Shown: positions 37,988 to 50,638, counted from the first letter of the stretch. The stretch: DNA of 64,000 nucleotides from Epiperipatus broadwayi (GCA_028023455.1 JAQFVV010000009.1:15314001-15378000), one strand, 5' to 3'. Notes: generated from the sequence alone by a model not told the origin. A program made the numbers and translations.

Positions 37988-39157
37988 AAAGGCAACAGTC
38001 TGTAGTAAATTCATATACTTATCTATGAGGTTCCTCCTGATTTCTCCCCTTTTTCCTAAGAGCAAAGTTAATTAGTGGTTTCCATACATTATGAATAGTC
38101 ACACTGGATTGGCTTATGAAATTTTTTGCCATTGACATGTGAGTTGCTTCTTTAAATTTTCTTCTTTGTATCTTGTATTTTCCCAATTATTGGCACATAC
38201 ATATTCTGCTACCTTAGACACATCTGTTTTCTCTCTTCTTATCATCAGTTTGTGTTCTTGCAAGCACTTTTCAATGGGATGACTGGTCTCACCAATATAT
38301 GTTCTTCCACATTCACATGGTATGTCATAGATGCAGTTTTTTCTTTTCATCATTTCAAGTTTAGCTTTGTAGATGTTAGAATTCCTTGTACGGTGGTATG
38401 GCTCTGGAAAGCTGTTCTGATGTTATAATGATTGCAGATTTTCCTTAATTTGTCTGCTATTTTTGGAATGTAAGAGTGCACTAGAGTACCAATAATTGTC
38501 TTTTCTCTTGATGGTTCTTTTTATTGTTGATTTAGCATTTTCTTAATAACAGCTACTGGATAACCATTTTTCATACGAGTTCGTTTTATATAGATCTTTT
38601 CTTTTTCCAAATCACTGGTTTCCTAATAAATTTCTTTTGCTCTGTCCCATAGTAATAGTATAACACCTTGTTTTGTGTTTCTGGTGTGATTGGATGTATA
38701 GGCTAGGTATTTTCCTCTAAGTATAAGTTTTCAGTAAACTGTAGTTTTGATTTTGCCATGAGGGACTCTTGTCACAAGAACATCTAAGAATGATAATTTT
38801 TGTTCTTGTTCTGATTCTATTGTGAATATAATTGAAGGAGATATATTGATGTGTTTCCAAAAAGTTTGTAGCAGTGCTTTGCCATGTGGCCATACAATGA
38901 ACATATCATCCACACAGTGAAGCCAAGCTTTAGGTGGATATGGAGTAGTTTTTTAAGGTTTCAAGTTCTTCCATGTAAATATTGCTAATCAGGGGAGATA
39001 ATGGTGAGCCCATAGCCACTCCTTGATTTTGTTGGAAGGATTCTGTGTTATATTGAAAGTAGGTTGTTTTTATGCAGAATGATAATAGTTCCATTATTGT
39101 TTTAAAAACATTCAATACATATATTAGATGATGGAAATAGTGAATATAAAAATACAA

Positions 39158-39298
39158 TGTGATGTTATCATTCCCCAACTTTAAGAAGGTGTTTGTAGGG
39201 CAAATGAATAGTAATGGGTATGCGTTGGGGGTAATCTTATTCCAGTTCCAAGAGAATAATGACATAGGTGTATTGTAGTTTATAAGCCGGTTTCTTAA
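39158..39298 (+). pseudogene. Gypsy RNase H N-terminal piece isolated between two insertions
   Basis: Reads SFPNFKKVFVGQMNSNGYALGVILFQFQENNDIGVL*FISRFL and resumes at about 42284 as KGSKLNYTTTKKEAL. Confidence 0.75.
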
Positions 39299-39659
39299 CA
39301 TGTTAACTGCGTGTAGTGCGATAGGTGCTAGTGGCAGCTGATTCATTGAAATTTTGTTTTCTTTTTAAAATTGCACAAAAACAATAAGCATGACATATAC
39401 AAAAATCCTGGCATTCGTTGCTAAATTCCTTTTTAAAATGGTGTATCATATGTTAAAATTGGTCAAAATTTAGATTTTTTATTATTTTTCTTAGTAGGTT
39501 CATTTATTATATTTTTCTTTTCTGCTCAGTTTACTAGATTGCATGAAGAAGACAAAGGCACAATTTTTGTTTCAACAAGACTGAAGTAAAATGGATTTAA
39601 AATGTCTTGATGATTCAAGGCTTTCATCCTGATAAAAATGTAATATAGTAAATATTCAA

Positions 39660-40010
39660 TTTTAATTTTTTTTTTAGTATTTTAAATTTTTCTATTATTT
39701 GCATAGTATTATTTTCCTATTATTTGCATAGTATTATTTTCCTATTATTTGCATAGTATTATTTTAATTATTATTATATAAATTATAATTCATGTGTTTG
39801 CATTTGCATCAGTATGTGTAGTATATAAATTATACTTGTATTAGAATATAACATAGTGGTTTGTGTATAATATAATTTTAATTTTTTTTTAAAATTTTTC
39901 TATTATTTGCATATTTTAATTATTTTTATAAATTATAATTTATTAGTGTGTGTAGAATATAAATTATACTTGCATTTGAATATAACAGTGGTTTATGTAT
40001 AATGTAATTT
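39660..40010 (+). repeat. Local tandem duplications including a 25-bp unit present about three times
   Basis: (attatttgcatagtattattttcct)n at about 39695-39765, plus a larger diverged duplication of the surrounding block. Confidence 0.75.
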
Positions 40011-40161
40011 TGGGACTCTGATCCAAATTTGTGGGAACCTTATTTTATAGATATAATGATTCTCAAAAGGTTTGATAATTTATTAGCATGTTTATATATG
40101 TATTAGTGTGTTTGGGTTTGCACCTGCATGTCTGTGTTTGTATAAGAATGATTTATATATA

Positions 40162-41304
40162 CACCTGGGTCTTGTTTATGTGGTAGATAGGTTTCTCAGA
40201 AAACACGCACAAAAGAAATCACACAAAAATAAACATAACTTACCTTGAAAAATGGGGGATAGGTTCTATAATTTTCAGAAATCAGCATAAAAACAAAGCA
40301 ACAAGGAAAAATTACTTTATATATACACTTGGGTCTCGTTTATGTGGTAGATAGGTTCCTCAGAAAACGCGCACAAAAGAAATCGCACAAAAATAAACAT
40401 AACTTACCTTGAAAAATGGGGGATAGATTCTATAATTTTCAGAAATCGGCATAAAAAGAAAGCAACAAGGAAAAATTACTTTAAAATTCGCATTAAAAAA
40501 ATAAGGAAATAAAGTATGACTAATAAAAAATTTCAAATATTTGAAAAAAATTAATGCAAGACAAACTTTTTTTTATTAATTATAGTTTTAATTTTACATT
40601 TTTTCATAATCATTACAGCTATTTGACAATATGCGTTCATTTGTGAACTAGAAAGAAATCAGATTCATGACGTGATGTACAACTAGTGCCACTTTCAGCC
40701 TTATGCTGTGTTAATGGTTTTCTGTTTCTATATTAAAAAATGAGATTGCAATTAAAACAAAAAGATTATACATTATTATTAGAAATATTATTTTCAGTTT
40801 ATAAAATCAATAAAATCTTCATTATTATTTAATAATTTCTGTTAATATCTAACAAAATAAGTTTTAAAAGTTTAAATTTTTGAATATTTATTGCGATATT
40901 TTTATGCATAGGTATAAATCTATTACTATTATTTACTCATTAGTATAAGTAGGTTATTTACATAGAAGCTAAGATTCTAAATACAGCTTCAGGTCATATT
41001 CACGTTAGCTTCTAATATGCATATGTATAAATCTATTATTATTATTTACTCATTAGTATAAGTAGGTTATTTGCATAGAAGCTAAGATTCTAAATACAGC
41101 TTCAGGTCATATTCATGTTAGCTTCTAATATAACATTATATTTTTGAAAAAAAAAAAGTATTTCAAGTCAAAATAAATTATTAATAATTTAAATTTCTTG
41201 ATATCTAATAAATATAGTGAAATATGAAAGTTATTAAGAAGAAACATGAATCTCATAACTTCAAAATCGCATTAAAATAATCCACATAAAACAAGACCCA
41301 GGTG
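40162..41304. mobile_element. TA-flanked MITE with duplicated 5' end and an internal 113-bp tandem duplication
   Basis: TA|cacctgggtcttgtttatgtgg ... ccacataaaacaagacccaggtg|TA. A second left end lies at 40326. Units at 40912 and 41025. Confidence 0.9.
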
Positions 41305-42283
41305 TATATAATTAAGATATTATATAGCAGTGCAATGTAAATTTTAAGACTATTAGATGTACAGAAAGGTTGCAGTTGATAAAGCAATCACACAATTTAC
41401 TGGGCATAGTACCATGTGAAAATATAAACTCTTAAAACCAATAATAGAAGCTTTGAGTGATGTATATGGTAATAGCCACAATGGTTATGTATACCACATG
41501 GAATTGTATACAGGCAAAGACTCAAATCCTGATTTTTGCCTATGCTTTGGTATTCATGCAGTGGATTGGTAGTTTTGCATGTCTTGCATCACATTATTTT
41601 AATATCTATAGCTAGCAAATTAGCTATAAGCAAATAAATTATATCTCTGTGAGACAATAAATATAACAAAATAGCAGCACTGGTATGCACAAAAAATATA
41701 AACATGACTGGTGTACACAAAAAATATAAAATGAAGAGATGAAACTCATTTTATCACTGATACAAACAATAGCAGTTTTGAATAGACAAGAAGTCAATTT
41801 TTACGATGACAAATGCATATACCTCTTCTGAAAATGATTTATTTTGTATCCTTTACTAGGATGAATCTTTTTCTTATAGATGCCTTGAGATTTGTTAACT
41901 TTTGGGGTACAAGATAAAAATAAATAAAATATTATGAGACTATTTTTGCAGATTCTGAAGCTATGGAATATTTCAGATAAGAAGTATTACAGATGGTTTG
42001 AATGAGAATTTTGTGAAGAATACAAATAAATTATCAATAAAGATATAATTTAAAAATTAATGATAAATTAGAAATTATGAACAAACAATAAACTAATAAT
42101 TATTTTAGATGTTGAAATTTCTTCTTTCTTTTTTTTTAAATAATAATCACTATTTGTTTTAGACTTTATTGTTTTCCTAAGTTTTTCTAGTTTCTAACAT
42201 TATTAAAACTGAAGTTATTGTAAAAATTGTCTCAAGTCAGTTTTTTAAAAATTGAATATGGCATTAAAGAACTTAAAATAGTG

Positions 42284-44400
42284 AAGGGGTCTAAACTCAA
42301 CTATACTACAACAAAAAAGGAAGCTCTGATTATCATGTGGGCATTCTAAAAGTTCTGCCCACTCTCGCTAGGATCAAAAGTTATTGTCATCACAGACAAT
42401 AAAAGCTTGGAGTTTATAAACCATAGCTACCTAACAAATTGTCAGTTAGTGTGCTGGAGTTTGTAACTACAAGAATACAATTATGCCACAGTGCAAAGGG
42501 TCAGAGAATATTGTGTCTGGTCTTAGCTGAAATCTTTCATGCCCCCAATCCCAACACTTAAATGGGGAAAACATTTATAGCAGGCATAGGCCAAAAAATA
42601 AATGAAAAATTTGAAAGAGATCTTGAATGGTTGGCTCAGCACCAATATATGTACAGCTGAAAGTATTAATTGAACAACTGGAAATGAAAGAAACAATGAC
42701 CACAGAATAGTAGGGAATAAAATTACAAACTAAGCCAATCCATATTGCAATATAACATTCAGGATAATCAAGAAGAATGAAAGCCTATCAACCTTGCCAA
42801 ATGAGAGAAGCTGTTGTAGCTCATGTCTACCAATTATTTGAACACTATGGTACCCCCAAAAGTGGTTCTACTGGCCAGACATAAAGAGCAAGGTTATTGT
42901 TTAAAATAAATTTATTAAACATAGTAATAAACAGTTAAACTTTATAAAAAAATTACATAGCATTCAGAATGAAAATTGAAAAGATCAATGCAGAGAAAAA
43001 GATATGTTAAAAAGACTAAGAGGAAAATGAAAATTTCACCCAAATATCATCATATAAACTCACAGGTGAAAGCAGAGAGTCTCACTGCTTGACTTGGTCA
43101 AGGAGCTTGATAAAGACAATTAGAGCCGAGTCCTGAGAATGACCAAAGATAAGCCTGCAACAGGTCAACCATAAAGAAAATGTAATAAAGATACTCTTGT
43201 TGCTGCAAAAGATCCCTTCTTGAGAGTATTACTAACAGAAAGAGCATCCCTAAAATCCAGAGACATTTGCAACAATAAAGTCCCTAATCAACTTAAGAGC
43301 AGGACAAATATAGAAAATATGGTGTATTGTCTCATCATACAATCTACACAACTTACACTAAGATGAAATCCTAATGAAGCCTCTGCTGGTCACTAAAAAA
43401 TAACTTGTTGGGAGAGCATTTAAATTCAGTTTAACACAAAATCAACATGTCTTGCTTCAATGAAAAGAAGTTTCATTTTAAGCAAGGTTATTATGCAATA
43501 AACTAGTGTGAAATCTGTCAAAAAGCCAAACCAGCAAACAAGAGTTATGTAACCCTGATGATATCCATGATCCCAAAGAGACCTCAAGAGATGTTTATGA
43601 ATTATTATGGTCCATTACTGGCATTCAAAAAAATGAAATATCTCATAGTGATATACGACTTATAATCCAAATTTGTAACCGCATACCTAGTCACCCAAGC
43701 CAATGCCAAAAACATAATACAGGTATTGGAAAATGTACATTTACCAGCCATGAGGAAACCTCAAGTCCTTTTCTCAGTTTGTATCTAGAAAATGGCAGGA
43801 ATGGATCCAGAGACTAGGTATAAAATATGTATTAGCATCCATCTGCAATCCGCAATCTAATCCTTGTGAACAGATGTGTGAGTTGGGTGATTATTTAGAT
43901 ATACATTCTGACAGATCACGGAGTTGGGTTAAACAAGTTTTGCATATAGTCAACTATATTAACTGGTCTATCAATGGGATTTTCACCTGTGTGTTTGCAC
44001 TTCAGTAAGTCCACTCATAAGTTGATAAAGACTACCTTACCAGGAATGGAAGTCACCCACAGATCCCAAAATTGATATGGCTCAGGCATATCAAACTCTC
44101 CTCAAATGAAGCCAAAAGAGAAATAAAAGACCAGTAGAGACCTGACCTAGGTCTAAAATAGAGGAAAGAGTAATGGTGAAGACACTGCATATAAGCAAAC
44201 CAGAAAAATGTATATGCCAAAAGTTTTGTAATCTGTACGAAAGTCCATTCACTAATGTGTGATGCTAAGAGACTAAGGCATTTTGGGTAGATACAGAGCA
44301 GGAGATCAGAGGGTCCTATAATGCTAGATCCCTCAAATCAGTGCCATCATGTAATGTTTAAGAGCCATCAAAATAAAACAACCCCATTTTGAAGGCTTCC
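42284..44400 (+). pseudogene. Gypsy RNase H C-terminal part and integrase (disrupted)
   Basis: NYTTTKKEALIIMWAF, VIVITDNKSLEFI, WSL.LQEY. Integrase CEICQKAKP zinc-finger half, NYYGPL, YLIVIYD..SKFV, NPCEQ. Confidence 0.8.
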
Positions 44401-45985
44401 AAATGGGGAGAAGGGTATTTAACAGGAACCAGGTTCAAACCCTGTTATAAGGGCCACCTATTTATCACCAAACCTTTACTTAAATCTGGCACATATGTAT
44501 ACACATGGTCAACATATAACGAACATACATATATACAGAAAGGTAGATATTTTCTTTTTAAATTATAGATATTATGAAAAGACATTAAAAAGAAAAATAA
44601 ATAATTTGTATTAATAATGCATAACATTTAATTTGGAAATCTACTGAACTTGAACTTTTTATTATTATTATCACTGTAATAAATCTGAAACTTGGAGATA
44701 AAGACACTTTCTGTATTTATTATTATTATTATTATTGTTTATTTGTCTTTCCACTGTAATATCTTCAAATTCTTGGAAAATCTATATTTATAGAAAAAAG
44801 TTTTTTTTCAGCTTTTGTTCAAATTTTATAATCAAACAAAAGAAAGCAGATGTAAATCCACAAAAATAGTTTTTGGTCAAAGCAGACATCAGAAATAATT
44901 TTATTTTTGACCAATCTGATAAATAGTAAGAATATCAATTAAAATATCAGATTGAAAATCGATTGTGTGCTGAAATATTTAAATTTTTTTTTATGTAAAT
45001 GATTTAAAGATGTGGAAGAAAAAGAAAGAAGATTTGAAAAGAAAATTCATGGCACCCAGGTAGGCAAAGGGGAGTATAAAAAGGACAGAGGAAAATAGGT
45101 ATTATTATTAAGCTTCAAAAAGGACAAATGAGTAAAACTAGCAATAGAAAAAAATAAGTGATATGAATAGAAAGGGGTAAAGCTAAAATGCATTGGATTC
45201 CTACCTAGTACCCCATAAATATAAATCATTGGAAGTCCTTCTGCCTGCCTATTGCTGTCAAATATTGCTTTAACTCCTTAGATGCCAATATCAATTTGTA
45301 AAACCTTTGTCTGATTTTTTTATTGGTCAATTACTTAAAAATCTGAGAACTATTATTTGTCAACTTCATTTCCAGTTGGTTTCTATTCATAAAATATTAA
45401 TCTAAAATGCACAGAATTGTTTTAATTCAGCTTCTAAAAATTGAATAATTTTAGCTTCAAATTGGATAAATGTAAAGAAAAATTAAAAATAATATTAATA
45501 ACTGAAGAAAAATATTAGAACAATGTTTAAAAAATAGCCTGCGGTAAAACAAAAGAATTATATTTCAGCCAATCATTACGTGAAGGTTATAAATTACGAT
45601 GTCTCATTATTCAGTTCTGTTGTATTTTCTTGGTCTAAAATTAAAATATTTTAAATAAAAAACTAAATCTAGACTCAATACTAGTCAATAGTCTGTAAAA
45701 AGTAATTATAAATTCCATAAAAATTCATGAAATATAATTGCGTTTTGTTCTTATCAATGAATGTCTTTGATAAACAAATTACGGTCAGTAGCGGTCAACA
45801 TTATTCACTTTTCTTAAAGAGTGATCATTTTCCCACACTTATTTTTCTTGTAAAATTTAAACTGTTTTGAATCAAACTTTATATTTCGATAAAGGAATGA
45901 AAAATCTTAATTATGAATGTAAAAAAATTACGATAAATATATTTATTTACATTTACAATTAATTACGAATGCATAAAACATTTTG

Positions 45986-46418
45986 GCTGTATTTTTATAT
46001 TGGACTATTTCCATCATCTAATAAGTGTGTTGAATGTCTTTAGAAAAGTTTTAATTTTTAGTTAAATATTCCAAATGCATTCAACTGTTAGTAATATCAC
46101 AGCAAACAGGTTAGTATATGCACCAACTGTTAGTAAGTGCGTATACTAACCTGTTTGCTGTGATATTACTAACAGTTAGTGCATATACTAACCTGTTTGC
46201 TGTGAAATTATTAACATTTGTTTGCTGTGATATTACTAACAGTTGGTGCATATACTAACCTGTTTGCTGTGATATTACTAACAGTTGAATGAATTTGGAA
46301 TATTTAACTAAAAATTAAAACTTTTCTAAAGACATTCAACACACATATTAGATGATGGAAATAGTCCAATATAAAAATACAGCTAGAACACCATCGTCAC
46401 AAACCTTCAGAAAAACAC
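45986..46418. mobile_element. Penelope family A tail-only insertion (inverted plus direct), 14-bp TSD
   Basis: Inverted tail 45986-46134 and direct tail to gaaaaacac. cataaaacattttg at 45972-45985 and 46418-46431. Contains the about 42-bp minisatellite. Confidence 0.9.
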
Positions 46419-47871
46419 ATAAAACATTTTGTTTTGATTTCTGACTTTGTCATTTAGAAATGCCTGATATGCAAATTATGGTCAGTAGCAGTCAACCTCA
46501 CTTTGCTACAATTCTTCTTATAAAATTTAAAATTTTTCGAATCAAACTTTATGTTTCAATAAAGTAATGTAAAATCTTAATTATGAATGTAAAAAATTAT
46601 GATATATTTATTTACATTCACAATTAATTATGAATGTGTAAAACTTTTTATTTTGATTACTGACTTTGCCATTTAAAAACACCTGCAGCACAATTGCCGG
46701 CGTTGGCAGATATCCAATCAGAGAAAAGAGACTGGCCTACATACTGTAATGGTATGAAAAGTAGAGCTGTTTTAACCTAACCTAGAGATGGAGGTAGAGG
46801 GGTTTGAACCGCACCTACTTCTACAGATTACGACCAAGCCACTTACTCCCCAAACCTCACTAGAATTTATTCTTAATGTATGCCTAGTGGTCAAGGAGAG
46901 ACAAGACTCTAAGGAGGAAAATGAATATATATATATATATAATGACCAGGTTTACTGAAGAAAAACAATGCTACAGAGTTTTAATAATAGTGAATGAAAG
47001 ACAAAAAAAACAATTATTTTATATTTGCAGAGTACATCAAATTGATTAGTTGTGCTGCAGGCTATTTCCCTGCAACCATATCCAGATATGAAAGAAAGAC
47101 CCTTTAAAGAACAAAAATAAATTCACATTATAAGTTGGGAACATTTCTAGCCAGTTGAGAGGTTACATGAGTGAAAGAGAGAGACAGACATGATTATCAT
47201 TATGGTGAGAGTACATGATTCAGGTAACCGGCCAAACTAACTAACATATTCTTAGGAAAGCATTGAAAATATCATCCTCTGCTACTAACAAAAAAATTCA
47301 ATAGTGACCCCCCCTACAGATATTTTCAGTCTTGGTTTAGACACTTCAATAATAATATTTTGCAGAGAAAGTTTTTGAAATATATAAATTATTGCAGCCT
47401 AAGATGATAGAATATTGTGGGAAATGATGAGTCCTGAGACACAAATGTATACCAAGAGGCTAACACGAGACTGGATAGCTCTCTGTCTCTAAACTGAGTT
47501 AGAGAAAATAGAATTTGTTCGCTAACCGCATGATCCGAAATTCAGGCACAAAGTTTTGTTGCTTATGTCCAATTATATATTTATAAATATTTGAAAGAGA
47601 TGAGATCCAATTTTATAATCTTCATTGCGATCCCAAGGCAGGTACAGCTAGATAAAAAACGAAAGTTTTATTTTACAGTCTTTAAAAAATACACATATAT
47701 ATTTGTAACCTTTTAAATCAAATTAAGGAGAAATATATGGCAAAGAAATATAGGTAAGGGACTTCTTTTTTCTTTTCTAACAAAAAGAAAACTAAATCAA
47801 ATCTTTAATCATTAAATCTCAAGTCCTATACCAATAAATAAGAACTTAATAGGTAACACTGCATTATTAAT

Positions 47872-47892
47872 GGGGGTGGGGGGTGGGAGGGG
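47872..47892 (+). other. Canonical G-quadruplex-forming motif
   Basis: G5-T-G6-T-G3-A-G4, four G-runs with 1-nt loops. Confidence 0.7.
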
Positions 47893-49143
47893 TTGCACTC
47901 TCTGCATTTTTGTTTTTCTCTTTTTTTTTTCTGTTTTTAAAAATAAAACATATACATAAAATGAAATGCTTAATTATACGTATTAAGCCCAATACCAATT
48001 ACAATATTTTTTTTTAAAAAAAAAAAAATTTATAAAATATCATTTAAATAAAAAAAAAACAACCATATATCAAGATTTACTTTGAGAAAAGACAAACACA
48101 TTTCAAATAAGGGGATAGTTACTGGTATCTAGCAGGCATGTGTCAAGATGGGTTTTATTGATGTTGCATGACAGTTCCTTTTTTTTTTTAATTCTTATTT
48201 CCATAGAAAGAATTAATTATTACAGGGTAGGTATTTGTCGGGCATTTTTCTTGGTTCTTCAGCTGGCTTACATCTTTACAACTCCAGTCCCAGAGATGGA
48301 AGGGTGAAGGTAAAAAAACTACCCCCGCATTTCTGTAGAGTAACAAAGTTCTGGATTTAAATACATGTAGAGCAAATAATCCACAGCTACAATAAAAAGG
48401 GCAGCAAGCAGGAATTCAAAAATGAATTTCTTTTTTTTTTTAAATAATTTTCAGCTGATTCTAGAAATTCTTAATATAAGAGTCCTTCACAAGAACTTCA
48501 GCAATTTCCAGATTGAAGAACAAAAGAAAAGTTCTCTATTTATACTCCTTTTCCCCAATTATATTTTTTATTAAACTACTTACTAGTAGCCTATTGTTTC
48601 CAATTTTTCCCTGTTATCTATTTTTATTTTAATTAAAATGTTTCATAAATTAATTGCTTTCTTTAATGGATTCTTTTTAATTACAAAAAATTATCTTATC
48701 TCTTTCTGCCATCATATTTTAAAAATAAAAAAAATTTATAAAAAAATTCTCTTATTTTTTTATATTTTATTTCATTAACTTTCCCCCCTCTTAAAATAAT
48801 TTCCCTTAAAATAATATATAACTGTTGGTGTAGGTCATTCTTTAAGTTTGAGAAAAAACATACATTCACTGTGGTTGGACTTAGGGTCTTAGCTAGTCCA
48901 CAGTGAATGGTGAAGCCAGCATATATATCATTGTATAAATATGCACAGCTTCAATACCAATACGCAGCAATAAAAATTGATTTTTTTTTTTCAAAATATA
49001 TCACCATATGCGGATTTTTTTAGAACTAAAATTTTAAATTTCCTATAAAATAAGTGTAAAATGAAAAAAATGTGACCAAAATTGACCAGGAGATGGCACA
49101 AATAACGTCCAGGAACCGTAATAATCATGAATATAGGAATTAA

Positions 49144-49531
49144 AATGGGGCAAGATCTAACCATTTTTAACAACAGAGGGGTTAAAGACGTCTACTGACA
49201 AATACATGAAATCTTAAATGTGATTCTCAACTGAAGATTGGACACCCAAAAAACAAAAAAAATGAACTGTTCATAGTAATGTGGCCGGTCTTCTAAATGT
49301 AAGCTTACCAATATGCAGTAATCTTATCCTGGGAATTAATGGGGCAAGATCTAACCATTTTTAACAACAGAGGGGTTAAAGACGTCTACTGACAAATACA
49401 TGAAATCTTAAATGTGATTCTCAACTGAAGATTGGACACCCAAAAAACAAAAAAAATGAACTGTTCATAGTAATGTGGCCGGTCTTCTAAATGTAAGCTT
49501 ACCAATATGCAGTAATCTTATCCCGGGAATT
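49144..49531 (+). repeat. Near-perfect 194-bp tandem duplication spanning the transposon/LTR junction
   Basis: aatggggcaagatctaacc...atcttatcc(t/c)gggaatt at 49144-49337 and 49338-49531. Flanked by ggaatta microhomology. Confidence 0.92.
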
Positions 49532-49759
49532 AAAGGTATTATTTTATTATATATATATATTTAAATGTTTTATATCAATCAAATATGTCTTTAATGTAAT
49601 AAAGAAAGAATTTAAACATAATTAGTATGTTAATCATTATATTTAAATTGTTCAAGCATATTGTACCAGTATCAAATGTTAGGGAATCAATCAATAAAAG
49701 ATTTTTGATGTACATCTTCTCATAATATATACATAATTATTTTTATAGTTATAATTATT

Positions 49760-50638
49760 ATCTCCAAAACTTTTTACAGCAGTGCTGCAAGAAGTATTTT
49801 GTGGATTAAAATGGGAAACTAAAGGAGTGAAAGTAAATGGATAGTATTTAAGTCATTTAGATTTCGCAGATGATGTAGTTGTTTTTGCAAATAATGCTTC
49901 AGAGCTGCAAAAAATGTTGCAGAAGTTAGCAGATGAAAGTAGAAAAGTAGGTCTAAAGATAAATGTTAAAAAGACTAAAGTAATGTTTAATCGATTTGCT
50001 CAAAATATGAAAATAAAGATTGATTATGAAGAATTAGAAGAAGTTAACAGTTAAAAATACCTTGGTCAGATTATTAATACAGATGGAAACATGATGGAGG
50101 AAATTAATCGTAGACTTAAACTTGGTTGGAGTGCTTTTGGTAGAAATAACTTGATACTAAAAGGAAATATGCCTATGTGTTTGAAAAGGATGCTTTTTAA
50201 CAAATGTGTTTTACCAGTTCTTACTTATGGATCTGAGACTTGGACACTTAATAGAAGAACAATACAGAGACTTCAGACCACTCAAAGGAGTATGGAGAGA
50301 TGTATGTTGGGAGTAACAAGAAGAGATCAAAAACGCAATGCATGGGTAAGACAACAAACAGGTGTTACTGACCTTATTGAAAAAATTAAAAGATTGAAAT
50401 GGAGTTGGGCTGGACATATTGCTAGAAGAGATGATAATAGATGGACAATTGAAATTTTAGAATTGGATTCCAAGAGATTGTAAAAGACCCAGAAAGAGAC
50501 CACATGTGAGATGGATGGATGAAATAAGAAAATGTGCAGGAGTGTTGTGGAGAAGAGAAGCTAAAGATTGGAGAAGATGGATTAAACTTGGAGAAACTTC
50601 ATCCTGCAGTGGATTGATAATGGTTGTTGATGATGATG
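49760..50638 (+). mobile_element. 5'-truncated RTE copy of the same family as 822-4118
   Basis: Highly similar to about 3234-4118, with FADD intact but with stops and frameshifts. (GAT)n tail. 7-bp TSD aattatt at 49753-49759 and 50639-50645. Confidence 0.95.

Larger units (their letters stand above)
37671..39157 (-). mobile_element. 5'-truncated Penelope-like element (family A): RT plus GIY-YIG, tRNA-like module, hammerhead, tail and inverted tail
   Basis: QGVAMGSPLSPLISNIYME, (V)DDMFIVWPHG, LSFLDVLV, CIYDIPCECGRTYIGET..R/C..EH. Inverted tail copy at about 39099-39157. TSD (aac)gtgatgttatt 37657-37670 versus (aat)gtgatgttatc 39156-39169. Confidence 0.92.
39299..42283 (+). mobile_element. Degenerate piggyBac-type element inserted at TTAA in the Gypsy RNase H
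   Basis: Left end TTAA|catgttaactgcg. Transposase remnant at about 41360-41850 (VAVDKAITQFTG, LKP, NGYVYHMELYTGKD, similar to DDE_Tnp_1_7). The right boundary is inferred only from resumption of the Gypsy frame. Confidence 0.6.
45274..49181. mobile_element. Non-autonomous TTAA-flanked (piggyBac-like) insertion, 3.9 kb
   Basis: The 5' LTR has gcttTAAagat uninterrupted. Here TTAA is duplicated (45270-45273, 49182-49185) around ctcctt...agagggg. TIR match is weak and no transposase was seen. About 230-bp subterminal repeats at about 45770 and 46470. Confidence 0.6.

Noticed and set aside
38930-39346. 138-aa ORF as a single Penelope RT N-terminus
   Set aside because: Chimeric read-through. Only the part below about 39095 is Penelope RT; the rest crosses the inverted tail, antisense Gypsy RNase H and the piggyBac end.
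46780-46865. Reverse B box (GGTTCAAACCC) as another SINE
   Set aside because: No convincing A box, tail or second copy in the window.
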